The position numbers and the translations under genes are program-made. A stretch of 63,720 nucleotides of DNA, filler included, from Globobulimina sp. (Eukaryota): NCBI GenBank assembly GCA_003354225.1. It is 13 parts of 13 records of this genome, joined end to end, with 100 filler letters (N's around TTAATTAATTAA, not from the genome) between each part and the next. Parts side by side here need not be neighbours in the genome. Positions count along the whole stretch, not along the records: positions 34,395 to 39,203 come from PIVH01000910.1; positions 39,304 to 44,111 come from PIVH01000911.1; positions 44,212 to 49,018 come from PIVH01000912.1; 10 more parts are not named here. One strand, written 5' to 3'. This document shows positions 34,811 to 44,890 of the stretch, piece by piece. The stretch's first letter is position 1; every line of letters starts with the position of its first letter. The notes beneath the pieces are model-generated. The model saw only the letters and a program-made list of their open reading frames with translations, made no database searches and had not been told where the DNA came from.

Positions 34811-36798
34811 TTAAACACACTGCCAGCCAGTGCCAGGCACTCTGTTTTTGTTTATCAGCCGATTGGAAAAAGATGTATCGCAACCGGTTGCATTTCGTGA
34901 TCGGATGAAATTGTTATTTTTCCAAATTTGAATCCATGTTTGAATACAAAATGTATCATTTACATTTACATAGAATGCACCATTTACTTTATACTCTGAT
35001 TCAATTGCAACATTTGCTCGAGCTCGTATTGCATATATTGTTGCGTTGCCTTTTCTTTTTGTATTTTGCTGTGTGTTGCAATTGAATAAATTGCAGACTT
35101 CTCTGCTTTCTTCAAATATGATGACATCATATTCCATGCGGTTATAACTCAAATAATAGATAGCCTGACCGGCAGCCTTTGCAATATCAAAATTGGCGCC
35201 GAAACGGCGCATAATGCCCTCCATGTTATCAGCATAATGCTTGGAATAATTTGTTCCGAACATAATAAGTAACACATTTGGTTTGCCATAAAAGTCATAT
35301 GCACTTAAATCGAAATGCTTAATATGTGCATCAGACTTTGATCTTTGTAATTTATAGCCAGATTTTCTTTTTGCAGCGCGTACAGATGTGGATGGAGTAC
35401 ATGTCAATGGATTTAAAAGTCTTTGCAATGGCAATGGCAATGGAATTGCAGCTGTTTCCAACGGAAATTCCAATTTCAAATCAAATCCTCTCTCATCAAT
35501 ATTCTCCAAATATGTGATGCCAATCCCAAATTTTTTGATCAGCAACATTGCAGCGTAAAATTGAATAAAATTGCCAGAAGACTCAGAATCATTTGTTGGC
35601 GGGTTACATAAATCCATACTTAGCTGCGAAGTATGCGACGCCGCCGTATTGCCATTGGAGCCACGCACTGCGATTTGTACTGAGAACACCATATCATTCT
35701 TACTCTTTCTTCTGTGTGCAATGATTATCACTTTGATGGCATCCGATTGACTTTTTTGAATGAGTAATTTACTGGAATCGAGAATGAGATTTTGCAAAAT
35801 ACTTTGTAACAAGAGATGATTCATTCTGATTGGTTGGCTGCGAGAATAACAGTTATAGACTATTGTAAAATCTGCTTTATTTAAACCAAGAAAACAGTGC
35901 AATTCTTGCAACGCCACCATCAGGTCATATGGTTTGAATCTGTTCACTTCTTCGTACTCAGTGAATACATATTCGTCACCACCAACCATGTCAATATTCT
36001 ACTTATTTATGTTATAATTATGTATTAAAGTATTAATATTATATCAGATAAAAATTAAACGTAACATTTTTCAGAATGTGATTTTGTTGCTCCATCTCTG
36101 ATTGGTTTGCTTGGTTAATTAAATGTTTTTGGTACCATAAAAACTGGCGTTTCCAGCTGATTCTGCTTTGGTTCTGCTTCATGGATGTTAGAGTGTAATA
36201 AGATAAATGCAGATCCGGCAGTTTTTTCAATTCAGTGACTTCTTTGGCTGTAAGTGCTGTGACAACTTGTTCTGTAACGATATAACGATCAGGTCCCCCG
36301 TGGCGGATATGGTAATCGGTCAGCACTAAGTTCTGATGACCACAAGTTTCAATGAATCGGCTGCCATAAAGTTCAGATGAGTCGTTTGTGTCTAGTTTGT
36401 GTGCTTCATTTATCCAAAAAGCAGATTGCGAATCCCAAGTCTGTTCAGCTTTTGTTTTATTTATTTTTTGTTTTGATTAACTGGCAAACTGTCAAACTTT
36501 AAACATAATACATACCACAAAACATCTCGTAGTATCTCCAATTTGCTTTTTTGCGAACTCCAGATCCAGACATCCAAAAAACAAATGGATCTATAAATGT
36601 TTTGAAATTTGGTTTTACGGATATCGATATCGATAATTCCATCGATTGTGGATCCGGATGATTTACAGTATTCAAACCAGTAACATTGTGAACTTGTGAA
36701 CGTGTGGGAGAACAGGTACAACCAAGCAGTCCGTAACAATTTCGGTTAGCAATTACTGCTCGAAAATAGATGCACGCGACAACAAAAATACATGACAT
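34811..36798 (-). CDS. Degenerate hybrid histidine-kinase-like protein (HATPase-like + receiver-like), multi-exon
   Basis: N-box-like LQSILQNLILDSSK and C-terminal LIKKFGIGITY..GFDLKLEFPL. Receiver-like NVLLI..MRRFG...DIA..AGQAI..L....YDVIIFE. ORFs 36499-36798, 36039-36326 and 34811-35989 are flanked by GT/AG sites. Confidence 0.5.
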
Positions 36799-36928
36799 GA
36801 TGACTAGCTTTTTGATATGTAGGTAAGATTTTTGAAGACTAGCTTTTTAAAATCCGCAAATCCGCAAATTCACAAGTCATTATCGCTTAATCAGCTGTAT
36901 TTAAATTTAATTAACAAAGTTGTAAATA

Positions 36929-38994
36929 TTATCTATTAGTTTTATTGGATGATTTTCTTTTCGTTCTGGTGAATATATTTTTATTGGAATTGGATGAATG
37001 CTTATCGTGATCCCGAGCATCCTGTGCTATATACAAGTGATTATAGGCCATAAGCAATGAGGTATATTCATCCAACAAATGTAACCCCGTTAACTTAATG
37101 TGCGCAATTTGCTTTTCCGATTCTTTTATAATTTTACCAATTTTTTCTTGTTTATTATCATCATTTATATTCACCATATTTATGCTAATTTGTTCCGTGT
37201 TTTTTCGAACTTGCTCCCTTATGTTATCTTGCCATGCTGGCAATTCTTGATTTGATTTCTTTCGCGCTTCCAATTCAGTGCCATATGATTGTTTCAGTGA
37301 ATTACCACTAAAATTCCGGATGGTCACCGAAAAACTCTCCAATTTCGAATGAACATCATTCAAATTAATATTTAATGCCTCAAATTGTTTCAAAAACTCT
37401 TTATTTAATAATAAAACCTCATTCTTCAATGCATCAATATCGTTATCTAGTGTATTTATTTTCTTATTTTTATCGATCTCTAAGTTGCTCAGTTCAGTCA
37501 ATAAAACGCTTTTATTTGAATCTTTATTCTTTGTTTCTTGTCTCAATTTTATTATTTCTTTGATGGATACTTTTAATTTTGCTTCCAATAATTTCTTATC
37601 CTTATCCAATTGCGTCCGAATCGCACATAATATTTTATATTTATCCTCTAATTCGCAAAACGACCCATCTTTTTGTGTAATTTGGATTGAATTTAAAGCC
37701 GTTCTTTCCTGTAATCGTTGATTATTTTCCTCCACATTCTCAACTTTATTCGTCAGTGTTTCTACATTTTCTGATAATAAAAGTATTTTTTCATTTTTTT
37801 TCTCTTTTTCAGCCTGCCATTTTAGCATTAATTCCTTGTGAGCGGTCTCTCGTAATTTATATTCTGATAATTCTTCCTCTTTCTCTATCAATTTATTCTC
37901 GATTATATTATAATCATTTAATAATTTACTGATTTCCATTTCTTTTCCCATTTTCAATGTATTTAACTTTGACTGTGTGAAATATTACAAGATTTTGGCA
38001 TTGTCGCATGACTCGCATCACAGTGACAGACAAGTTTTTTTTTAGTGCAAGGAAACATCAACAAAATCCGGAACTTTTCAACGAAACGTACATCAACAAA
38101 ATTGATATAATAATAGTACCACTTTTTGTTGATGTGTGCAAGGATAAAATATGATACCTCCATTTCCTCACAACCATCCTTTTTTATTTTAGCAATTTCG
38201 TTTTTCAATTCATCAATATTTTGTTGGTGTGTATTTATATTTTCCTCTTTTTGTTTTTTCAACAAATTGTCATGCTGCGATTGTAAATTTTGAATATAAT
38301 TTTTATGCTTATTTTCAATTTGCTTCTTTGTGCTTTCTAACGATTTCTTATTTGATTCAGTTAATGTTTTTATTCTTATTTCATTTTCTTGATTTTGTTT
38401 TGTTAATTTCTCCAAATCGCTTGCTTTTTGCTTATATTTTGTCGATAATATTTTATATTTATTTTGTAATTTTTTTATAGTTTCCGATAATTCTTTGCTT
38501 TCTTGTATGCTTTCACGTGATCGGTATTTCTTTTCTGTTAAATTTATATTTTTTAATTGTTTTTCTAATCTATCCAAATTATTATTGATTTCCTTCTTAT
38601 TGTTGGTTTTTGCAGCTTTGATATTTTCATCATCGCTGTCATTTATTATCTCAAATTCTGTTAATTTTAGTTTGGTCGCCGTTGCTGTTACCAATGCTTC
38701 GCGATGTAAATTAAACCAATCCTCAATTTTATGAGTCTTTCGTTTTAACTCTGATTCTTGCAATGCTACACCATCTAAAATATTACGCAGTTTCTTTTTT
38801 ATCTCATTCGAAGAGGACTTCTTTGTTACGTGAGCTGTCGATATTTTTGTCTTTAATATTGGTGCTGATGACTCATTATCTTTCTTCTCTGTCTCTGTCG
38901 CTGCGCCCTCGGTCTCTTTATCCTTTTGTTCCATTGTTGATTCTTTATCAACTTCATTCTCTGTTGCGTCATTTGCTTTTTCTGCTGCGCTCAT
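36929..38994 (-). CDS. Coiled-coil protein (2 exons)
   Basis: ATG at 38994. Phase-0 intron 37967-38157 joins the two K/E/N-rich heptad ORFs. Confidence 0.65.
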
Positions 38995-39203
38995 TAGTTC
39001 TTTTGTAAAATCCAAATCAGAGATATAGTTTTTTTAAGCTCAAAAACCAAATTCCAAATAGTTTTTTTAGAGCTAAATGTTCCAATAAAAACAGTGTTGT
39101 TTAATATCATACACAAATTAGAAATTATCACATTGACACAACGTATCGGAAAAACAAAAAAACTGAGTATGAATACAAAAGCAAAAAAAAAATGACCGAA
39201 TGT

Positions 39204-39303
39204 NNNNNNNNNNNNNNNNNNNNNNNNNNNNNNNNNNNNNNNNNNNNTTAATTAATTAANNNNNNNNNNNNNNNNNNNNNNNNNNNNNNNNNNNNNNNNN
39301 NNN
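39204..39303. other. Artificial contig linker
   Basis: N44-TTAATTAATTAA-N44. Confidence 0.98.
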
Positions 39304-39389
39304 TGGGTGGGGGGAGAGAGTGGGGGGCCCGCGCATGGGGCAGGGCCCAAGGTTTCACAGGTGAGAGGGTTGATGGACCATGACCATAT

Positions 39390-42300
39390 TCAGGGGAGGG
39401 TGTCTCGAATTTTAATGACCAGTTTGCGCTTTTTCTTGGAAATTAATAAGTTGTTCCAAGCAAACGGCGTCGCGGAAGAAGTGGAGATGGGATAGAATTT
39501 GTTGGTGATGTTGGGATTTGGGATATGCTGTGCATAGTAAATGGTATATTTAGTTTGATTATGGATTTGAAAGAAGGGATAATCTCTTCGTTCGTCGCGG
39601 AATACGACAATGGTGGTTTGCCCGATGGTGCGCGATTGGACGCGAATAATGGAAAATTTGTTAATGGAGTCATTTTTATTCACCACGCGAATGGGAAATT
39701 GCGTAATTTCATGAATGGGGAAAGGCGAACTCCACTCTTCACAGTCAATGCTGGCTTGGATGTACCGCGTAGGTAATATATTGAACCAATGCAAAGCCGT
39801 TGAATATAGCATTTCGTCGCTGCCGTTAGCACCGCTGCTTTCATTTAGATATAATACGCGTTCATCGCGTTTACTGTCGTCAATTAATAACGACTGCCGG
39901 TATTGATCGGCACTTTTACGATTTAAATGTAACCGCTGTCGCGAAGACGGCGACGTTGTATCATAACGAACTTTATTTTTATTAGTTTTGCCATCGTCAT
40001 ATTTATACCGATCTGGGTTAGGTTTGCCATTCCTTGTCGTTGCTTGCAAGGCAGCGGACACATAACAGGGTCGGACATATAATGCATCGATAAACGTACA
40101 GCAATTTAAGCCCACGAAGCGCGGATAAAACTTAATCACTTTGATGGCGGGGTATAACCGATGCAGTTCAAAGATGACAGCAATATCAAAAAACACTTTA
40201 TGATTCGCCAATGACTTAATAGATAAAACCATATTCGTCACGGCTTCTGTCAATGGAATATATTGGCTCCAGTCAGTGCGATGATTTTTATCTAAGACCC
40301 GGCAACATATCTTATTATTTATCTTCGTATTCGCGCCGCCAAAACAAGAAATCGTGCCTAACATTTTATTGTGTTTATTATTTTTCGGAATGCGAATACG
40401 TGACCATTTCCTGCGTCTCACCTCATCTTTGTTCTTATCGTCGTAAATAGCATGAAATGAGTAATTAAAATCGCGCGCATATTCCCATTCAGACACCTTC
40501 CATTCACTATGTTTCCACTTCCATTTCTTATTTGGCAGTATAACATTCTGTTTATTGCGCGGTCTATGCGTCCTATCACACTGCGAGGCGATATCCAGCG
40601 GTTCGAAAGGTGCCACCCATTCGCCGTGGACATTCTTGCGCTCATTTTCAAATATCTCAATTTCAACCTCCATCTGCTTGATGGATAAGTTCTGTTTTGG
40701 ACTTCGAATTTCTAGCTCCAACCCCGTCTTATTTATAAATAGATATTTCGTGTATAAATATAACATATTCATCGCTAATGTGGCCGGCGCATCGTCGCGG
40801 AAAAAAGGGACAGATTTGCAAGCTCTATTCGATAAGTACACGATCAGTCGTTTCTTCTCCTTCTCTTCAATGGGGATGGGGATCGGCTCTATGTTGTCGC
40901 CAAAGGGCAAACGCACCCAATCACTTTGACCAAAGCCATGTATCCAGACTCCCAGTAAGCAGTGACTGCGATGCTGCCATTCAAAATCGGTGGTAACCGG
41001 CAAGGCTTCGTACGCAGCCATCCGCTGTTCCGACACGGCTTTATTCCGATCGTTTAGTTTGATTTGGATGCGAACGGGCAAAGGAAATAAGTTGGTGATG
41101 ATCAAAGGAGATTGGATAATAATTGTAATTAAATCGCGATGATACCGTGGTCGCAGGAAAAAAGATTCAATTTTTTGCCAAGCTTTGGTCTCTGATAAAT
41201 AGCCGGTTTTCCATTTGGATTTTATTAACGTAAACTTCTGCGAACTGATCAAATCGCGTATTTTCTGTAATTTTGTATAGTTCCAACCCGCATTTATCGT
41301 CGGTTTAAATGAGATATGCGATTCTAACGAGTTTATAGATAATGGCACTGGCACGGAAGCGCCTGGTTCAATTACACCAAAATCAATGCATTGGAATTTA
41401 TTTAATGTGTCATTAATGTCTGGATCAGGCGGACATAAATCATCGTGATCGATTTTAAAATCAGAGGATTTCATAAATTCAAATGTCGGGACACGCAAAG
41501 CTTTCTTTTCAAAATGCAATCTGATCCGCAATGGCCGCGCAGTATGATTCCGAATCTCTGTCGGACTCCAAATATATACAAACTTGCTCCCTTTTCGAAA
41601 CACAGTATGTAGCACCACACAAACTTTATGTTTTTTATGCATAATTTTCCGTCTACGATTTTGAAACACGGATATCTGCTCAAAACAGGCCACATTGCCG
41701 ACTTTAAACGAGATTTCCAATCGATTATATTTCAATAACCGACCGGTAAAAGCAGCTCTAACCCCACCCCGTATGGACAATGCCTGTACTTCCATGGGTA
41801 GTATTTCCTGCTGTCGATTTTTCTCAGATGAGGGCCATACGGATAATAACTCGCCAGTTTTGTTGACGATGTAAAAGGGTTTCCAGGCCGTAATGATCCT
41901 ATTCCTACGCGTGGCGGCGAAGTGAGACCATGAATGTAGTGTTTCTAGCAACGTTTTGCCGAAAATATGAGTGATATTGATGTTGACCGGAATTATTTTG
42001 GGTACTAAGGCAGACCTTTCATGTGGAATGCCCTGCACATTCACCTTGATGGTGTACAGCGGGATATCTCTCAAATTATTGCTTGAGGCCGGCATAGAGT
42101 TCCAATTAATTGACACGCGGCTTGATTCCAACAATGGTTCCATTGTAACAATCATTGGATTATAATATTTGGATTGTATGTCAAATGTGAAAGTACCTTT
42201 GGTTCGTTCGATGTCTTTGGTCCATACTAAATGCATTGAATACAGTTTAATCCCTACAAAGGGCATAGCGGAGGAACTCATTACATCGTTAATTAAATTG

Positions 42301-44111
42301 ATCTCGATTCCTTTTTCAGACTCAAATGTCAAATTTATCTTCACTTTAACTGGATATTTATTCTTTTTCTTGTCTTTATTCTTCTCCTTATCTTCATCCT
42401 CATAGTCGTTATAATCGTTATATTCATCTTCATCGTCTGCATCATCCGCGTCGTAATTATAGTCATCGAAATAGCGGTCATTCATCCGGTTATCTTCAAT
42501 GATGGGCTTATTCGCTTCATTCATGTGATTGAAATGCTGCAAAGAGGCTTGGTTTAAGATCAACGTCGCTTTATCCAACTGATTGTCACCAATCACCAAC
42601 GCGCGAATAATGTCCTGTTCGTCGTAGCGACCGGCCAATTCCCGGAAGTTATGGTACATATTACTCGGTAATAAGTCAACTAACTCGTTAATATCGCCTC
42701 GATTCTGCCGTATCACGAATGATTTGCTATAATCCACACAATACGAAGCAGCCAATTGCAAATCTGTATACTTCATCAAAGCTTCGAAACATAGCTCTGC
42801 AGCGTGGCCCTGCGTGCGTAGTTTGGCATAGTTATCGCGCAGACCACCTTCCATGGGCACTAGCGAAGCGATGCGCTGTGCCAAAGGCGTCTGGTTCTGC
42901 GGACTGAATGTGTGTTGTATGGAATTCATAATGTTTTGGAAGATTTGAATATCTATAAAGGAAATGGTAAAATCTAATTTATCAAACTCGCCATTTACAT
43001 CCAGATCCTTATACAGCGTTTGTTTCGTGAGCATAGATACATGCTCTTCGCCCGAAATGTGGCATTTTAAGCGCTGTTGTTCGATGATTGTGTGCATGCG
43101 GACACCGCCACGTTGCCCGACATTATAAATCTGATTGGCGGGACAGATCAAAGCATTTAGCGATTCGATATTGATGTCGGTATTGCTATGCACGACGCAT
43201 TTATTTTGCTCTGGGTTTATATTTGGCACTGAACCGTGTCGCATACCGAGCGATACATTTAATACCACAGCATTCGTGTTGACTACATTCGGGTTCTCCA
43301 AACAGATAAATTTGCCATTATTCAGTTTAAATTCTGTATTGGACGTCCAATTTGCTATAAATTGCTGCGTGTCGTCATTGTCAATCTCGTCTTTCGCAGC
43401 AGATATATTTATCATATCCGAGTCGGAAGTTACATCGAAAAATTCCTGTAACCTTTTAATCACAGACGGCAATAAAAAGCCACACGGCTCGTTTACCGTT
43501 AATTTAGTGCTGGTGTTGCCATTTTGTTTGGAGTCGTAAGTGAATATTATCTCTGGTCTCTGTTTATGCGCTTTACTTTTGACGGAGATGTTTTTCGGCT
43601 GAAAAGTAAAGGTATTCGGTCCGGATATGGATAATGGACTTAATGAGGTCGATGCACTGATACTCGAATGGCTGGCGGTTTGGTTATTGGCCACAAACAT
43701 TTGTATCTGATCAAAGGGGCATAACATTTGTGTATATTGCTGTTGTTTGGCGCCTTTACTGATTTTCTTTAATTGTATGGCTTTTATCGTTAAATAAGTG
43801 TCGTGATTGCCGTTATGCTGTCGATTCCATTCGGTATCAAATCCATTAATACTAAATTGGCAAAATGGTGATTGTCTGTTCTCACAAAGGGATAGTTTTA
43901 ATTCTTCCATGTTTACTAAAACGCGCATAGACATACATTCGCCTTCGACGTCATCAAAGGTGAAATGTACCGCAGTTTTGGCAGTATATTTACTATTATT
44001 CGAGACGTCATTTATTAGTCCATGTTTACGCATGGCATCAAATTCATTGGTTACTTTCTGTTGTTTGCTTAATTTCCGTCGAACTCTCGGTGTTTTTGTG
44101 GATTTATTGGG
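39390..44111 (-). CDS. VPS13: VPS13-family lipid-transfer protein, internal fragment (RBG repeats, UBA-like helices, VAB repeats, DysF insert)
   Basis: YYNP....EPLLE, INITH and PFYIVNKTG..L mark the VAB entry. VAB repeats SP..I.N..P, Y.FINKTGL.L and IIRV....T..VVF....PFFQIHNQT...I.YAQ....FAW. DysF-like EIFENER..W...WKW...W...WEYA.DF...VRRRKW.R. Confidence 0.85.
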   Translation of the reverse strand, partial: PNKSTKTPRVRRKLSKQQKVTNEFDAMRKHGLINDVSNNSKYTAKTAVHFTFDDVEGECMSMRVLVNMEELKLSLCENRQSPFCQFSINGFDTEWNRQHNGNHDTYLTIKAIQLKKISKGAKQQQYTQMLCPFDQIQMFVANNQTASHSSISASTSLSPLSISGPNTFTFQPKNISVKSKAHKQRPEIIFTYDSKQNGNTSTKLTVNEPCGFLLPSVIKRLQEFFDVTSDSDMINISAAKDEIDNDDTQQFIANWTSNTEFKLNNGKFICLENPNVVNTNAVVLNVSLGMRHGSVPNINPEQNKCVVHSNTDINIESLNALICPANQIYNVGQRGGVRMHTIIEQQRLKCHISGEEHVSMLTKQTLYKDLDVNGEFDKLDFTISFIDIQIFQNIMNSIQHTFSPQNQTPLAQRIASLVPMEGGLRDNYAKLRTQGHAAELCFEALMKYTDLQLAASYCVDYSKSFVIRQNRGDINELVDLLPSNMYHNFRELAGRYDEQDIIRALVIGDNQLDKATLILNQASLQHFNHMNEANKPIIEDNRMNDRYFDDYNYDADDADDEDEYNDYNDYEDEDKEKNKDKKKNKYPVKVKINLTFESEKGIEINLINDVMSSSAMPFVGIKLYSMHLVWTKDIERTKGTFTFDIQSKYYNPMIVTMEPLLESSRVSINWNSMPASSNNLRDIPLYTIKVNVQGIPHERSALVPKIIPVNINITHIFGKTLLETLHSWSHFAATRRNRIITAWKPFYIVNKTGELLSVWPSSEKNRQQEILPMEVQALSIRGGVRAAFTGRLLKYNRLEISFKVGNVACFEQISVFQNRRRKIMHKKHKVCVVLHTVFRKGSKFVYIWSPTEIRNHTARPLRIRLHFEKKALRVPTFEFMKSSDFKIDHDDLCPPDPDINDTLNKFQCIDFGVIEPGASVPVPLSINSLESHISFKPTINAGWNYTKLQKIRDLISSQKFTLIKSKWKTGYLSETKAWQKIESFFLRPRYHRDLITIIIQSPLIITNLFPLPVRIQIKLNDRNKAVSEQRMAAYEALPVTTDFEWQHRSHCLLGVWIHGFGQSDWVRLPFGDNIEPIPIPIEEKEKKRLIVYLSNRACKSVPFFRDDAPATLAMNMLYLYTKYLFINKTGLELEIRSPKQNLSIKQMEVEIEIFENERKNVHGEWVAPFEPLDIASQCDRTHRPRNKQNVILPNKKWKWKHSEWKVSEWEYARDFNYSFHAIYDDKNKDEVRRRKWSRIRIPKNNKHNKMLGTISCFGGANTKINNKICCRVLDKNHRTDWSQYIPLTEAVTNMVLSIKSLANHKVFFDIAVIFELHRLYPAIKVIKFYPRFVGLNCCTFIDALYVRPCYVSAALQATTRNGKPNPDRYKYDDGKTNKNKVRYDTTSPSSRQRLHLNRKSADQYRQSLLIDDSKRDERVLYLNESSGANGSDEMLYSTALHWFNILPTRYIQASIDCEEWSSPFPIHEITQFPIRVVNKNDSINKFSIIRVQSRTIGQTTIVVFRDERRDYPFFQIHNQTKYTIYYAQHIPNPNITNKFYPISTSSATPFAWNNLLISKKKRKLVIKIRDTLP

Positions 44112-44211
44112 NNNNNNNNNNNNNNNNNNNNNNNNNNNNNNNNNNNNNNNNNNNNTTAATTAATTAANNNNNNNNNNNNNNNNNNNNNNNNNNNNNNNNN
44201 NNNNNNNNNNN
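44112..44211. other. Artificial contig linker
   Basis: N44-TTAATTAATTAA-N44. Confidence 0.98.
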
Positions 44212-44326
44212 TGCAAAGAAAAGTTGCATTTTGTCTCAGTTATTGGATAAAATTCATTTTTATATTTATCATTCGACTGAAAAAATTGTCCGAGACAACA
44301 TCGCTGATAAATATGTCGTCGATAAA
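44212..44326 (+). repeat. 115-bp exact direct repeat of 46853-46967
   Basis: TGCAAAGAAAAGTTGC...ATGTCGTCGATAAA is identical at both positions. The second copy lies within a coding exon. Confidence 0.92.
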
Positions 44327-44890
44327 TCTTTTTGAATATATCGTTAAACGATATATTCCAAAACACGGTTACTGTTGAGAGTACTTTTAAAAATCTGAAA
44401 ATCTCAAAACTGAACCCTCTGAACCAATCTACAGGGAAAGTATATTTAATAAATGGTGGACCTGTCAAGGGATCGATCATATAATAATATATTGAGAATA
44501 TATATATTCCCCAAGAATCATATGTAGTTCTTATCAGGAACATCACTGTATACATTTTTTTTCGAGGAGAAAGAAACGTTTTCTCCGCGAACCTCCTTTA
44601 TATTTGTGTGTATACAATTAATGTATACAAGAACATTCCCTAACAAAGAATAAGAGCATCAGGTTTTCAGCGTCAGATTTTTATTGTTTCTGAGAAACGA
44701 AGGCAAACCTAATTATTTTTACCTTTATCAGTCACCAGAAACGGTTTACCTTACCCCAATAAAAATCTGACGCTGAAGACCGGGTGCTCTTTTGAACATC
44801 ATTACTTGTATCTTTATTACATTTTTTTTTTAATATTTCTCGAATTAAGAATTTTACTCTGCAGTTTTTTTTAAATATCTCCAAACAGTT

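Noticed and set aside
36698-36718. CSPTRS resembling the sulfatase formylglycine motif, 2 kb upstream of the sulfatase fragment
   Set aside because: Lacks the following TGRY and the upstream DD.G motif, and is separated from the fragment by a different coding region. Probably coincidence.
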